A stretch of 63,925 bases of DNA, filler included, from Octopus bimaculoides (GCF_001194135.2; 6 parts of 6 records of this genome joined end to end with filler, not necessarily neighbours in it); one strand, 5' to 3'. Shown: positions 41,894-54,735, counted from the first letter of the whole stretch. Program-made: numbers and translations. Notes: a model not told the origin generated them from the letters alone.

Positions 41894-42864
41894 CTACAGA
41901 AAGAGAAAATCCCAGTGAAAAATGTGTGAGAGACAATAAAATCATGTAATATCAATTAGCAATTTTTTTTATCAGTTTTGGAACGGAATTCAAGTACAAA
42001 ATCTGACTGAAAAGTATGAGGGAATGTTACTATGGCAAAAGAGCTAAAGTATGCAGAGTGAAACGATTTGGCACAGATTGACCTTCAACTCTGTCGTGTT
42101 TGCACACTGAGATATAATGTTCTCATTTGCTTCTATTGTTTATAGCAATGCTTGGAAGTAAAGTGTGTAGGGTGTGGTTGCCTCACCACACCACAGAGGT
42201 TCCATCAGTGATCTTGGCAGAGGAAATATGCACAAGTGTGTGTGTAAGTGCATGCATGGAAAGAGACACGGGTTGAAGGTTATTACAGCCAAGAATCTTT
42301 CTAAAAATCACATCCTTCTTGAAAGGAACAAGATTTTCAAAATGTAAAGGAAATCCAAGAGAATGTGACAAGGCAGCTGTTCACTCTCTCAAAAGAGGAA
42401 TTCCAAGAATGTTTGCATCAATGGAAATGATGCTGAATCTAGTTGTGTGGCTTCAGAAGGGGTCTTACTTTGAAGGAGATGAAATGCTGAATTAATATGT
42501 CGTAATTTTTTTATACTTTTTGATCAGACCTTTTGTAGTCATAAATTAAGTAGGCTAACATCCACTTTACTATTCCTGTCACATTTACAAGAAAGAAAAC
42601 AGAAATTATGGCTTGTAGGCACATTATTAATGGTAAATAAATATTAATAATTAATAAATAAATTAATAAATAATTATTAATGGTAAATAATTAAGGTAAA
42701 ATGCTAGCTATTATGATGATAATTAAAAAGGAAATCAAATAACAATATAACACAAAACTGGAGAAACTTTAAAAAGCAATAAAAATCAACAAATTATCTG
42801 CAAAGTGTTCTTCTGTTCTGAAATATCAGAGGAAAAAAAAGAGAAAATATTAAGAAGCACTTAC

Positions 42865-43191
42865 TTGTGTCCGAACATGCTTCAGGAGATACTAAAACAT
42901 CATCAATGGCCATACCATTCATGTCAGAGCTTCTGAGAACGAATTTCAAACTGAAGTTTCCAACAACTTTAAAAGTGTGACTTGCCATTTGCCAAGAGTC
43001 CTGGGGAGAGTTTTCAGTCAGTGTCAACAACTCTGTGATGTTCAGTGTCATTTCATTGACCAACAAAACTTGGAGTTTAGAAGTACCTTTACCCCAGAGT
43101 TGATAAAAAAACCGTAAGCACATTGCCTTATTAGCCTCAAAGACAGGTGTTTCCACAACTGAATATTTTGAATAACCACAGATATAACGAC
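42865..43191 (-). CDS. Exon k: MAM domain 1, C-terminal part
   Basis: RYICGYSKYSVVETPVFEANKAMCLRFFYQLWG...WQMAS...MAIDDVLVSPEACSDT; ctctag acceptor, gtaag donor, phase 1-1. Confidence 0.9.
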
Positions 43192-43201
43192 CTAGAGAAA
43201 A

Positions 43202-43249
<48 letters not shown>

Positions 43250-43253
<4 letters not shown>

Positions 43254-43660
43254 CTTTTCTACTATAAGCACAAGGTTTGAAATTTTGGGGGAAGAGACTA
43301 GTCAATTACATCGACCCCCGCAGTACTTGATTGATACTTATTTCATCAACCCCCAAAGTATGAAAGGCAAAGTAGACCCCCAGTGGCATCTGAACTCAGA
43401 ATGTAAAGATGGACAAAGTGCCACCAAAGCATTTTATCCAGTACACTAACAATTCTGCCAGGTCCCGACCTTAATAATAATAATGATCCTTTCTACTGTA
43501 GGCACAATCTTGAGGGGAGGGGAGGGGTTGAGTCGATTACATCGACCTCAATGTGTAACTGGTACTTTGTTTATCAACTCTGAAAGGATGAAAGGCAAAG
43601 TCAACCTCAGCGGCATTTGAACTTAGAACCTGATTTTGCCAACTCGCCACCTTAATAATA
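43250..43660 (+). mobile_element. Two tandem intronic SINE core copies, CpG-decayed
   Basis: Cores at about 43330-43470 and 43555-43655 with CG changed to TG/CA. Confidence 0.75.
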
Positions 43661-43668
43661 ATAATGAC

Positions 43669-43703
<35 letters not shown>

Positions 43704-44434
43704 CGTTCATTTTATATACATATTTTTTAAAATATAAACTAGATACCTAATTCCACAAATTTATATTGAGGCATAATGAGTTTTTTCACTGTCATTAAGC
43801 TATGAGAAGGATAAACCCCAAATAGTCATCAGATTGAATTGTTCAATATTCTTGGAATGATAGTAAATAAAGCAAAAAAAAAGACATAAAACTAGACAGT
43901 GATATATATAACATAAAGATATATAATATCTATATATATATAAAGTATATATATAAAAGTAGGGTAAGTTATCTACATGATGTATATATGTTTTTTATAG
44001 ACAGATTCATGTTTCTTGTTGCCACACATTTAAAAGAAACTATGTGATACTATCATCAGTACAACACAGAAGTAGGTTAGTAGTTGTGATGTGATGATTA
44101 TACCAGTGTGTGAATATAGCAGCAATAAGTATGGAGATGTAGTGTAAACGTGAAGGTGTGTAATTTCCTAACGAGAAAGAAATTCATTAGTGTTAATGAT
44201 AAGAGAGAACATCAAAAATTGACAGTGCAATAAAGAGAGAGTTGGATCTTTGTTAGATATAATGATAACTTCACACCTATTTCATACTTATTAGGCCTCT
44301 TCAGAGTTTCAAATGGCTTTGATAGTTTTGTTTGAAAAATCAAAACAACTGCAATGTTTTGCTGTGAGAAATAAATGGAGAAAGAGAGAAAAGGGTTATC
44401 TGTTTGTCATAGACAAAGAAATTAGAAGACTGAC

Positions 44435-44593
44435 CTGGAGGTCCACCGTAGGTGTGATCAAATTGAGGGAATTCTCTGCTGTGTTTGAAGTTGACCGTGC
44501 TGTCCTCCATCCGGGAACCACTCCAGAGCCATTGGTCTGTCATGTTGTAGCCACATAAAAATTTGTCATCAAATGTACAATTGACAGATTTTT
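44435..44593 (-). CDS. Exon j: MAM domain 1, N-terminal part
   Basis: KSVNCTFDDKFLCGYNMTDQWLWSGS...PQFDHTYGGPP (CxF..LCG, DHT motif); phase 1-1. Confidence 0.88.
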
Positions 44594-44594
44594 C

Positions 44595-44625
<31 letters not shown>

Positions 44626-44829
44626 CAGCGAATGAGAGATAACAAAAAGCAATTCATTAATTTATCAAAACAATAAGAAAAACACTTTATAATGATGGGA
44701 AGTTTCTAGGAAAAGCAGGCGATGGTTGTTATACCATCATCAATGACATTATATAGTATACTGTTATTCCATTGTACCATGCTTCTTAATGATATTCATG
44801 CTACATGGCTACTAACACCACCACTAGTA

Positions 44830-45160
44830 ACAGTTTCAAACATTGGTAGAAGACCAGCAATTGTAGGTGGGAGAAGGGGCTAGTCAATTACCCCAGTATT
44901 CAACTGGTACTTATTTTAATGACTCAGAAAGGATGAAAAGCAAAGTCAATCACAGCAGCATTTGAACTCAGAACATAAAGATGGAAGAGATGGCATTTAG
45001 CATTTTGTCCAGTGTTCAAATAACTCAGCCAGCTTGCCAAGTGATTTTATTGACCCCCAAAAGGATGAAAGACAAAGTCAACCTCAGTGGAATTCAGAAC
45101 ATAAGGATGGACAAAATGCTGCCATACAATTTGCTTGGCAAGCTAATGGTTCTATGAGCT
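44830..45160 (+). mobile_element. Two tandem intronic SINE core copies, CpG-decayed
   Basis: gaaaggatgaaaagcaaagtcaatc..tttgaactcagaacataaag; aaggatgaaagacaaagtcaacctcagtggaattcagaacat. Confidence 0.72.
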
Positions 45161-46824
45161 CATCACCCTACAATGACTTGAAACATCATACATTATTCAT
45201 CTATACTAGAGTCAATTAAACATTGTTACTAGAGTCAAGTATATTCAGCACACAAGAGAGACATAAAGCAGATGTATAAGTTACAGAGAAGAGGAAAAAC
45301 TGAAGAAACTGCACGAAGATTTATTGTGCATGGAGAAGCAATCAGAGAAACAAAAAGAACAATTCATATAAAATGCACATAAATAAAATAAAACAAAAGC
45401 AAGTAATAGCAAAAGAAAAAAGTTGGAAAACTGCCTGAAACCAATAAAAGAAAACACAACAGAATGCATGAAATACAAAAAGAAGCTGTCACAGATTAAA
45501 TAAAATAACAAATATATCAAAAAATAGACCCTCAAAATATAATTAAATTACCACAGAAAAATTCTGGAAATTGCAGTAAAATGCACAGAAAAAAAATATG
45601 ATGAATAATAAAATCCCAAAAGACATTTCCATGGAAACAAAACCCGCAAACAATGAGTTGGAACTAAAATATACTAAAAGACTCAATAATAAACAGTAAA
45701 AAGTACACAAAACACTGGATTAAAAGAAATCAATATTGAAGAAAAATCAATCATAAATAATAAAGAAAATAGAAGAAATAATGATCAGAGCAAAATTAAT
45801 GAACAGAGATCAATAGATCACTTAAAAAAAGTCCCTGCTCAAACAAACAGGAATTTTCACAATAGGAAAAAGCATCTTGACAATCAGAAGAGCTAAGTAC
45901 AGGTTAAGAATAGCAAAGAACCAAAATTCTTTCCATAAAAACAAATCCAAATAAGAACTGGTTCAATCATTCCTCACCATTCCTCACCATTCCCAAGCTG
46001 TGACTAAATGACTGAATCTATTTAATGGGAATGGGTAATTGAGATTGATCTTAATTAAGACCAGTTTTTCAGATGAACCTATGAGAAAAAAAAGAGCAGT
46101 TGCAAAAGAAAAAGTAAACAAAGACCTATTGTTATTTAATGAAATAGAAGACACGGAGGGTAGGAATCTGATATGGTAAATGGTTGGGGAGAAAAGCCAA
46201 ATTATCATAAAATATAGCACTAAAAAAGAAAAAAATGTCCTAGAAGTGAAAAAAGACTAAAATGGGAGTCACACTCCAAGAGACACACCACCATAAAATT
46301 ATGACACTTGTACAGTAGGGGGAGGGTTAGGGCCACAAATACCTTTTTAATATGAAGCAGTACTTACCACAAATATCTTCATCACTCTTATCTGGACAAT
46401 CAGCTTTTCTGTCACAAACAAGGGCTTTGTCAAACAAACAAGAATGGTTCCTACATTTAAATGCACAAGCTGAAATATTAAAAATACACATTGTTATAAA
46501 ATTAATGGTGATATATTTCCCTGTGGATGAGAGAAAAGAAGAGAGAAAATGTATCTATGTCTGTAGAAACTAGCCCACATGACATTGTCAATGAGAAAGG
46601 CAGTTTATTACCGTACATTATAATTAAGAAAAGCATTGTTTATACACCACAGACTATTTTAATGAGATATAACTATCAAATGATGCAATAATTCTTCTCC
46701 TCTGGATCTCTTCTCACATGAATAAGTGTGTGAGTATTTGCTAAATGTTTATTCTGAAAGAAAACTTAAGCCAATTTATTCACATTATTTAAATTCTGTA
46801 AGGGCAGTTTGCAATGCTACATAC

Positions 46825-46981
46825 CAGTTTTCTCCTCAATCCATGGTAAGTATAGTTTGACATCAGTAAACACGCCAGGTTTTCCAGGTTTGTCACATGT
46901 ATCAGCGACGAAACTAGTGATTCCCACTAGCTTTGCAATTCCAAATTCATCTTCGCACCATAGAGGCCCTCCGCTGTCACC
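46825..46981 (-). CDS. Exon i: protease domain C-terminus (Ser195)
   Basis: GDSGGPLWCEDEFGIAKLVGITSFVADTCDKPGKPGVFTDVKLYLPWIEEKT; phase 0-1 with gtatgt donor. Confidence 0.93.
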
Positions 46982-48199
46982 CTGGAACAATATGTCACAT
47001 TTAATTACCAACACTAACCATCATGGGCACCACTATAGTTACCAATCACCATCGGAAAATCATAATGACCACCCCAGTTATAACCATCAACCTGAGAATA
47101 TTCCCCACAGTAAACTGAAAGAGCTACATCTGGTATACACTACCAGCATTCCAGCAACCATTATAGCAATACATGACCTGCAAAAATACTTAAGCATAAC
47201 TTTATAACTTCTTTTATTAATTAGGGACTTCTTCAGTAGTTTCTGAAATCCAAAATGGAACCTGAAACAATTCATCAAGCAACAGATCAGGGAACGTTCT
47301 GTGACCGTTCAAATCTTCTAGTATTCTGCAGATATCTTCTCCACTAAATTTTACATCTTCAGCTAATGGTCACACCAACTGGAATAATATTCTTGTTTCC
47401 CAGAGTAAATAGTTCAGTAATCTCAAAATTTGATGGCCTTTTTAATATGTTGTGCTTCTTTGTGTATGATATATTATTTGTTTCTATTAGATGGGGAAAT
47501 GTGTTTATTAATAGGGTATTTTATGCCATAAAATCAAAGTAGATAAAATAAAAGATCAGTAGGAGAGATTGCCAGATTTTATCAACTGCAGGTATGGTTG
47601 TGTGTTTGTGGGAGAATATATATTTCTAATAGTTTCCGTGTATTGACTTGTGTATTTCCAAGAATGCCATCCATTCAGTAACTCACAAACTTCTTGTTTT
47701 TAATACTAAAGATTCTGGTTTTATGAGATTTTTTAATCATATCACACTAGAATTCATTTATTCACAGTCTGGTATATATATTTACTATTTAAATTGATTC
47801 TGGTCACTGAAACTTGCTGACTCTATCTTACTTTAGCAGAAAACTTCTTGTTATCAGCCAGAATAGGTTGAGCTTAAACATTCCCAAAACAGTATCTGAT
47901 CCATCCCAGTGCCTCATTCCCTGTTAAAACCCCAAATGTATCCTGACACAACCTTTAGAAAATGAAAATCAGAGTTAATATATGCCACATCTCTTAATTA
48001 TTTTCTGTAAATGGCATTAAAATCTGTGAGTGCCTAATAAGTTGGTACAGAGCTCTAAGCATTCATTCTTGAACCAAGATGGACCCCAAATTACAGCCCA
48101 AATCAAAAATATTTGATGTGGTTAGACAATGTGTCTTATTTATAGAGAAGGTATAAATTAGAAGTGTTAATCTATACTGGAATATGTAAGCCAACTCAC

Positions 48200-48336
48200 C
48201 AGACAGACAGCAACTTGTGCAGAGTAATGTCCAGCACAAATGCTAGTTTTAATTCGACCATTCCAAACATGAGTACTGTTACATTTCTTAGTCTGCCAAA
48301 GTGACATTTTGGCCATTTGCAATGTTTTAGAAGGAA
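48200..48336 (-). CDS. Exon h: protease domain (not in ORF track)
   Basis: PSKTLQMAKMSLWQTKKCNSTHVWNGRIKTSICAGHYSAQVAVCL; ttgtag acceptor, gtgagt donor, phase 1-0. Confidence 0.92.
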
Positions 48337-49074
48337 CTACAAGAAAGATAAAATTCCAGTAAGGTTTCCAAATTCAATTAATATCTACAAATCATATTTT
48401 CTTTAAATATTCAACATTCTAAAAATAAAAAGCAAATGCAATAAAGCTTCAAAAATGGTTGTTTAAAAGTTGGTTGTCACATGTTTTCTTCTTCAACACC
48501 AAACAGAAAACAAATACAATACTGACCATTGAGAAATTTATCCTTTTCCATTTATTGTTATTAATTATTCAAACACTTAGCTACGGGAGCCACATATTAA
48601 AGGTATAGATTAAACATTTTCAACCATAGATTAAACATTTTTAATGTCATCACTGAGAAAATTCATGTGAAAATTGAGGAAGAAATTATATTATATAGCT
48701 GGATTCTTTTTCTAAAAGGACCCAAGCACTTTGTTTACTGTTGAGCAGAAAAGGTTGGAGAATTCCTTTCAATGGGTCAGATTTGTACACTTTAGCAACT
48801 TTAAGAAGTGAGTGGTGATTTAGTGTATGGCAACAGTAGTGAAGGTGCAGTGTAAAACAGAAGAGCAATAACAAGTGTAGTTTGAGGAGAGCAAAGAAAA
48901 CTGTGATAGGATAAAGGAGTGGATTATATGGTGAGGTGGTAGTAAAGGATTTGAGAAGACACATAACAGGGTGTGGTTTGGTAAGCAATGACAAGGGTCA
49001 GCTTGGGGATTGGTTTCAGGAGATAATGACAACATAAGGTTGAAGTGTGAGAATGAACAGCATGGATGACTTAC

Positions 49075-49346
49075 CAGGATTCTTTGATGAAGTGTGTCCA
49101 AAGCCAGAGGCATGACAACTTGAGGCAAAGGTGAAAATGTCGTCTTTGCCAATTAGGCAGATTGGCTGTATATAATCAGTGAATTGAATTGGTGTTTCCA
49201 GCTGTAGCAGTGCAATGTCATTCTTTGGTACCCATATGAAGTCATGGGATACAATACGCTGCACTTTCTTCACTACACGGTGAGGTTCCATTTTGGAGAT
49301 ATTATACACACCAAGGTAAACTTCTATCAACTCTGGTTTGAATCCA
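49075..49346 (-). CDS. Exon g: protease domain (Asp102)
   Basis: GFKPELIEVYLGVYNIS...KNDIALLQLETPIQFTDYIQPICL...SCHASGFGHTSSKNP; ttccag acceptor, gtaag donor, phase 2-1. Confidence 0.93.
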
Positions 49347-50265
49347 CTGGAAATATATATCATCACCATCATAATAAACATCAACATTTTAGCTTCTATT
49401 TCCCCCCACGCAAACAGACAATATTTCTGCATCCATCTTAATTTTTTGTTCTTTTGTCTGTCACACATAACATCTTGAACTCACTAGTTTTACTCATGTT
49501 TTTCTTTATCATGTGTACCTAGAACTTTCAACATACACAGCCTTTCCCCTCATAATTCCTTGTTGATTTACATTACATACTACAAACAATGCTGTTATTT
49601 CTCTTGCATACATTAACTTTTAATGCCCAATCATTTTTTCAGCCTACTTCTTCTCCATCTGTCATGCAAATTATTGCTCAACATTTAATACCTCAGGTTA
49701 AAGTAATTTCTCTCTAATTGAGAGCAAAAGATTTAGAAATCTTTTGCTCTCAATGCCCTTCCTTTTAGGGAGTATCAAATTTCTTATGATACTTAGCAAG
49801 ATGATAGTTAGCAAGGTGGGACACACATAAGAAAGAAGAAAACAAAAGACCACTGATGAGGTCGCAGAAGTGTGACGAAAGAACTCTGGCCGAAATAGGA
49901 TTGATGTAATGTAATATAAAGCTGAAGCAAATTAACACCAAATATACAGTGCGTGTGTTTTTATTGGCTAAACTGGCAATATGACCATCCCCAAGTACAA
50001 CAACATCTGTTTCAACACACGATTTCACATCAAAAATGTTGCAAAACAAATATATAAACGGAATTTAACAATATAGTTTTGTTACTATCAGTGTTGCTTG
50101 AGAACTGAGTTTCAAACCATACCAGGATTTTATTGCATCTACCAAAAGTCCATGGGTTTAAAATTCAAGTTGATGCAATAGATTCTACCTCAATCCATCC
50201 ATAAAACATTAATTAAATAATTTGGTGTTCTTTGTGAGAAGAAATTCTTCAGTATATTTACTTGC

Positions 50266-50455
50266 CTGACACAATGTGCAGCTGTGAGGATGAAGTACTC
50301 TGTGATGATGGAACCACTGCAAAGAGTTTCTCCCATTAATAGGAAAGCGTGCCATGGAATTTTACCCGGTTCTGCATCAAAACCTCCAACAATCAATGGA
50401 ACGTATGATGATACATGTTTCGAGAATGTGTTGAACAATGGAGCAATCCCACAGG
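50266..50455 (-). CDS. Exon f: activation peptide and protease N-terminus (His57)
   Basis: CGIAPLFNTFSKHVSSYVPL-IVGGFDAEPGKIPWHAFLLMGETLCSGSIITEYFILTAAHCV; ends at AG|GCAAGT (GC donor), phase 1-2. Confidence 0.92.
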
Positions 50456-50956
50456 CTGAAAATAAACAGATATTATTGACAAATGAGAAACAGGGACAAG
50501 AATTATAAAATTGGTTTGCAGTAGTTTGGCCAGCAGCAGAGAATGAATGAAAAGTCACTAGGAATCATTTTTATCATTGCAAATCAAAAAACTATAAAAT
50601 ATTTGTAGAGATATTTGGTGAAGAAATAAAAATAGATTTGGGAAGTAGTCCAATAGTTTAATCAGTTGGCCACCTCCACTTTTGGACTGGTATTTTATAA
50701 AATAGATGCAATCATGTCTTTTCAGGCTGGTACTGCAATCCTATGAAATATTCTGAGTTTCATTCCATTACAATAGGAATCTCAGAATGCTAGTTTTAGG
50801 CAACAAACACTTCAATTCACAAAAGCATTGGAACAAATTTTTAAGCTGAAGGAACCATGATGGCGAAAGGAACCAATAAAATATATACAAGTCATATCCT
50901 AAAAAAGGTTCACGTTGCCAAGAAAAAGAAAAATTTTGAAGTCATTAAATACTCAC

Positions 50957-51006
50957 ATCTTGGCTGGCAGGAGATTCGGATTACCTGGGAATTTGAACAG
51001 TTATTC
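50957..51006 (-). CDS. Exon e: SRCR domain C-terminus
   Basis: NNCSNSQVIRISCQPR (CxxxxVxxxC); ttccag acceptor, gtgagt donor, phase 2-1, 50 nt. Confidence 0.85.
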
Positions 51007-51159
51007 CTGGAATACAGAAATAAAGTATATAAAAGAAACAATAATGATGTGAATCGTTAAACAAGGTAACAATAATCACAAGAACTTCAAAATTGCTACA
51101 ACTCAATCGCAACAAAGCTTCAGCCTTCCTCCTCCTCTAATATATGTATATTCTTTTGT

Positions 51160-51345
51160 TCTTTTACTTGTTTTAGTCATTTAGACTGTGGCCATGTAGG
51201 AGCACCACCTTTTTAGTCAAAGAAATCAACCCCTGTACTTATTCTTTGTAAGCCTGGTACTTATTCTATCGGTCTTTTATGCTGAACTGTTAAATTATGG
51301 GGACATAAACACACCAACATCGGTTATCAAGTGATGGTGGGAAGA
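51160..51345 (+). mobile_element. Intronic SINE-like repeat, third family, CpG-decayed
   Basis: Homologous to 12880-13060. Confidence 0.72.
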
Positions 51346-51373
51346 CAAACACAGACACACACACACACACACA

Positions 51374-51415
<42 letters not shown>

Positions 51416-52067
51416 NNNNNNNNNNNNNNNNNNNNNNNNNNNNNNNNNNNNNNNNNNNNNNNNNNNNNNNNNNNNNNNNNNNNNNNNNNNNNNNNNNNNN
51501 NNNNNNNNNNNNNNNNNNNNNNNNNNNNNNNNNNNNNNNNNNNNNNNNNNNNNNNNNNNNNNNNNNNNNNNNNNNNNNNNNNNNNNNNNNNNNNNNNNNN
51601 NNNNNNNNNNNNNNNNNNNNNNNNNNNNNNNNNNNNNNNNNNNNNNNNNNNNNNNNNNNNNNNNNNNNNNNNNNNNNNNNNNNNNNNNNNNNNNNNNNNN
51701 NNTATATATATATATATATATGGAAATGTTGAACTAACCGGTTGTGTCCAGTTTCAGTTGCTGAGGCTGAAAGTTCAGATGATTCATGCCTTACCCTGGG
51801 TGGTTCATGGGTGTCAGTTTGTTAGTCACCATAGCTTTATAAAAGATTACAGTCTATCATAGACCAAGTTATGATTGTTGTATCTTTTTATTTCATGTGA
51901 CCTATAGCAAGATTTTGTCCATAGGCTATCTCAGCATCAGCTGTGAACGCGCAAGCAAGAGCTTATCAACTGGCTCAGCAGGTTCAATCTGCTTCAGCAG
52001 GTTCAATACTTTACACTGCTTGACCCTATTCATGCCCTGTCAAAATTTTAAACTGAAGTTGGCTTAC

Positions 52068-52181
52068 TTTAAAACAGCTGGACCAAAAACTGAGGTCACT
52101 GAATCTGTGGTAGACTTGTTCTGGAGATGTGCAAATGTTGCATGATATTTAGTAACCACTGAAGTTATATTCCTGAAGGAT
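52068..52181 (-). CDS. Exon d: SRCR domain, middle part
   Basis: SFRNITSVVTKYHATFAHLQNKSTTDSVTSVFGPAVL; ttttgcag acceptor, gtaag donor, open frame, phase 2-2 fits both neighbours. Confidence 0.75.
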
Positions 52182-53755
52182 CTGCAAAATAGGGCAAAGA
52201 GAGCATATCGGATAAATTAGCAGAAACACAAAAATATCAACGGCAAAATTAGTGTGTAGATTGTCAACAGAAACAACAGAGAGGGGAAAAGCAAGCAATG
52301 AGAAGGAAAACATTTGTTGGATTCAAAACTGAACTCAATCTGACTTTTGGTTTTTTTTTATTATCATTATTATTATTTATGGAGAACCAACAAATTAAAC
52401 AAGTATAGCAATAATTGTTATAAGAATAATTATAGTAGGAATCATGTTGACAGTGATGATGATGATGGAGAGGTCAGAGGTGGATATTGACAATTTAACT
52501 CTTTAAGGGAAAGAAAGATAACAACGTTTGTGAGGGAAATTTTGGTTCCTCCACTGAGCAAGCTGGGTGACTGTATACTTGTGCTCCTGTTGGTTTGTGG
52601 AAAAGAAGGCTGATGAAGATGATGATGATGAGGAGGAGAGAAAAAAGATGAGGATGTCACTACCTTTCTGAAAAGGTGAGCAATTTGGTTGACTTGCAGA
52701 TAACACTTTGATATGAGTATTTTTTAATATATATTTATTTGATATCTATTATAAGCTACAATACGTACTGCTACACTCACAGATCAATGCAGAAAGCAAA
52801 AACACATTTACAAATTTAAAAAGAAAAGAGTCCAGCGAAATGAGTTGAACCAGGAAAATAGAAGCAAGGTTTGCAGAATTCAAATGCCACAATTGCAAAC
52901 ATAGATATACTGCACTCCCTACATTCAAATAATAAACAATAGTGATAGATGTGACCCCAGTAAAAGGAAGGGTGTTGAACAACATATAAAATACAACTGC
53001 AATAACACATCAAAGAAAGCCAGCCTCGTAAAAATAGGAAACACTGACAGCAAAGCATAAAACCTGGCATCAAGTAACAGAAACTGGAAATAAAGAAACC
53101 TTAGAAAGCATTTGTATGAAATAGAAACAAGAAAACAAAGTAAAAACAAGAGGAATTAGAGTAATTAACTGCATCGTTAATAACAATAATAGAATGGATC
53201 ATTAACAACAAGCTAACCTCTATGAGGAACTTAGAATCAGCTAGAAATAAAACCAAATCACCACATGTCCCACTCTATTGACTTTATAAAGAAAGACCAC
53301 AGTAGACAATGTTTTCTCTGATAACCAAAAGCACAGGATGGTCATGAATGGAACAACTTTGAACATAATTTTGCTTGATACAGGTTGACCTGAGGCTAAA
53401 CAACAACAACAAACTACATCCTATGTCACAACAACTACAACAATCTTAAATAATATGCACACACTGCAACACCAGGCAAACGTCCTCTCCAGATATTTCT
53501 TAAAACATGGCCACCACTGAAAACCACACCAAAAAGGCAGGAACACAAATTAAAAATACGCACCTTCCAACTATTCCATGACCTTTGACCCTTTCCTTCC
53601 ATTGGACACCAAAAAAGAAAAATGGGAGAATCTAAAAACTGGTAAGCCGCAAGGCCAGACAAAATCACATACACATAAAATCCCTAGGGCCAGAAGGAAA
53701 AACCATATTCACCAACATCTACCATGATTCATACCATCACTGTTAAACTTCTTCA

Positions 53756-53945
53756 ATGTACAAGTTGCATTATATCACATTTCTAAATCCCAGCAAAACC
53801 CCAAATGAAGTTATGTCATACAGACCCACCACACTCAAGCCCCTCAAAAATTCTAGACATTACTTGACATTATTAACCAAGACATCTCCCTTTCCAAATC
53901 CCAAAAGGGGTTCAAGACCAGTACATTCAACCCCCAACACTAATA
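53756..53945 (+). mobile_element. Degraded LINE reverse transcriptase fragment
   Basis: FLNPSKTPNEVMSYRPTTL...GSRPVHST resembles the LKPGKDP..SYRPISL..GFRPxHST motifs. Confidence 0.55.
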
Positions 53946-54084
53946 TAAAACTTAATACACGATGTACCATTTTAACTACCATTGACACGAACAAAGTTCT
54001 CATCCATTCTTCACTTATATAAAACAATTCCAAACATCACCTGTATAAATAATTCAAAGTGCTGGCTTTCTCTAGGGGGAAATG

Positions 54085-54200
54085 ACAGGTTATATCATCT
54101 GCATAGGTGTGGGCATTGTTGGATGTGGTAGCAAGTAGGTCATTGATGTATTGAAGGAATAAAACCAAAGCCTGGAGTAGACCAGAGTTGAGCAAGAGCA
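54085..54200 (-). mobile_element. Degraded LINE reverse transcriptase fragment
   Basis: SGLLQALVLFLQYINDLL...HTYADD; RT catalytic YADD motif. Confidence 0.65.
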
Positions 54201-54529
54201 AACTAGAAAGAGCTCTGTCAACATGAGAGTGAGTGATTAATTCAAAAGAAGAGAGATGGATGGAGCCCAAAAGGCAGAAAGTTTCAATAGGAGATTCACA
54301 TATTAGATATGATGGGAAGTTTTGTTAATGTCTAGGGCAACAACATTGCTATCACTGAATCTATAGGCTGAGTGACATAAGAAGATCTTTGTTTATAATC
54401 TGAACTCCATTCTGTAGTCTAGGATGTGATTTCCTTACTGTATCATAAATGTCTTGCAACTCCAGTTTCAACTTTACAGGATATTATTATAAGAGTTAGT
54501 TTATCTAAAAAAATATATATATACAAACA

Positions 54530-54685
54530 TGTGGTTGGCGTTAGGAAGGACATCCAGCCGTAGAAACCCTGCCAAACCAGACTGGAGTCTGGTGCAGCCC
54601 TCCAGCTGGCCAGCCCTGGTCAAACCGTCCGACCCATGCCAGCATGGACAACGGACGTTAAACGATGATGATGATGATGATGATG
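54530..54685 (+). mobile_element. SINE 3' tail ending in (GAT)n, CpG intact
   Basis: gttggcgttaggaaggacatccagccgtagaaacc..cccatgccagcatggacaacggacgttaaacgatgatgatg. Confidence 0.7.
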
Positions 54686-54735
54686 ATAAGATAATTTGAT
54701 TGAAAAGACTAAAAATAATAACTTGAACCACTTAC

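Noticed and set aside
50262-50262. Canonical GT donor after ...CVRQ
   Set aside because: Phase 0 does not fit the strong phase-2 acceptor at 49346; it would need a weak downstream acceptor.
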